Assembly: GCF_009914755.1 (NCBI RefSeq)
Contig: NC_060932.1
Source: the human T2T-CHM13v2.0 reference genome, Homo sapiens
Direction: 5' to 3' (one strand)
Length of the DNA: 64,000 nt
The translations under genes were made by a program, and so were the position numbers. Positions within the stretch are counted from its first letter, which is position 1. The number at the start of each line of letters is the position of its first letter. The notes beneath the pieces were generated by a model, which was given only the letters and a program-made list of their open reading frames with translations, had not been told where the DNA came from and did no database searches. Below are positions 63,183 through 64,000 of this stretch, in pieces.

Positions 63183-63750
63183 ACAAGGAATTAAAAAAAT
63201 ATATATAACAAAAATGAAGAAAAAGAAAGACGATGAGAAATTTCAACAAAATTCTGGAGATAGAAAGCTGATGGAGAGTAGTGCCCAGTAAAGGAAGCTA
63301 TAACCCAGTGCCTATATAGAAAGTTATCTACAAGATATATCCTTCCTTTCCTTTTTCTTTTTAGTCTTATTTGCCCTCCAGACACCCAGAAAGGTTTAAG
63401 ACATGGAGGCACAAGGTGTTGGGATGTTGGTAGTGAAGTTTGCTGAAAACAAGGAGAATGGTTGAAAGTGGCTAGGTGCCCAGATTTTGTTTCCTGTCTC
63501 ACAACCCTAAGCTAACTGATTTCTTCCCTGTTTTCTTCTGACTTTTCACTCTGCAGGATACCAATGTCTTAACCTCTAGTTGAATTATTAGGTATGAGAA
63601 GCTCTGGAACAGGGGCACTGGTCAGAGTGAAGTATGAGCAGGGAAAAGGGACTGAAGCCAAAGGGATTAAGTCCAAGTTTTCCTAGTGATTATTGGAACA
63701 CCAGCCCCATTCCTCTACATTGCTCCTGGAACACAAGCACTAAGAGAGAA

Positions 63751-64000
63751 TGTGATGGTTAATACCGAGGTGTCAACTTGATTGGATTGAAGGACGCAAA
63801 GTATTGATCCTGGTTGTGTCTGTGAGGGTGTTGCCAAAGGAGATTAACATTTGAGTGAGTGGGCTGGGAAAGGCAGACCCACCCTTCTTAACCTGGGTGG
63901 GCACCATCTAATCAGCTGCCAGCGTGGCTAGAATATAAGCAGGCAGAAAAACGTGAAAAGACTAGACTGATCTAGTCTCCTAGTCTACATCTTTCTCCTG
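63751..64000 (+). mobile_element. MLT2A (HERV-L) LTR, running off the window
   Basis: tgtgatggttaatac..gtgtcaacttgattggattgaagga..gtgttgccaaaggagattaacatttgagt. Confidence 0.92.

Overview
AT-rich, repeat-dense non-coding DNA from a catarrhine primate (human-like; two AluY positions hint at an Old World monkey lineage). No CpG island, RNA gene or intact protein-coding gene is evident. The ORF track is almost entirely explained by Alu, L1 and LTR sequence or by chance. The window holds about 25 Alu/FLAM copies, a 2.9 kb L1PA7-like ORF2/3'UTR fragment, shorter L1PA5/L1PA8/L1PB4/L1M pieces, MaLR and ERV solo LTRs (MSTB, THE1, MLT1, LTR16, LTR7B, MER9, MLT2A), hAT/Tigger relics and one RPS17 processed pseudogene split by an Alu. 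The most notable structures are a probable L1 3' transduction (51.5-52.0 kb), a ~260 bp local duplication with a 44 bp invariant core (60.7/63.0 kb), two ERV solo LTRs 23 bp apart, a polyadenylated MER21 fragment and a candidate cryptic terminal exon (19.76-20.09 kb). I do not see convincing evidence of a new biological system. Repeat subfamily names are recalled from consensus sequences and boundaries are approximate.
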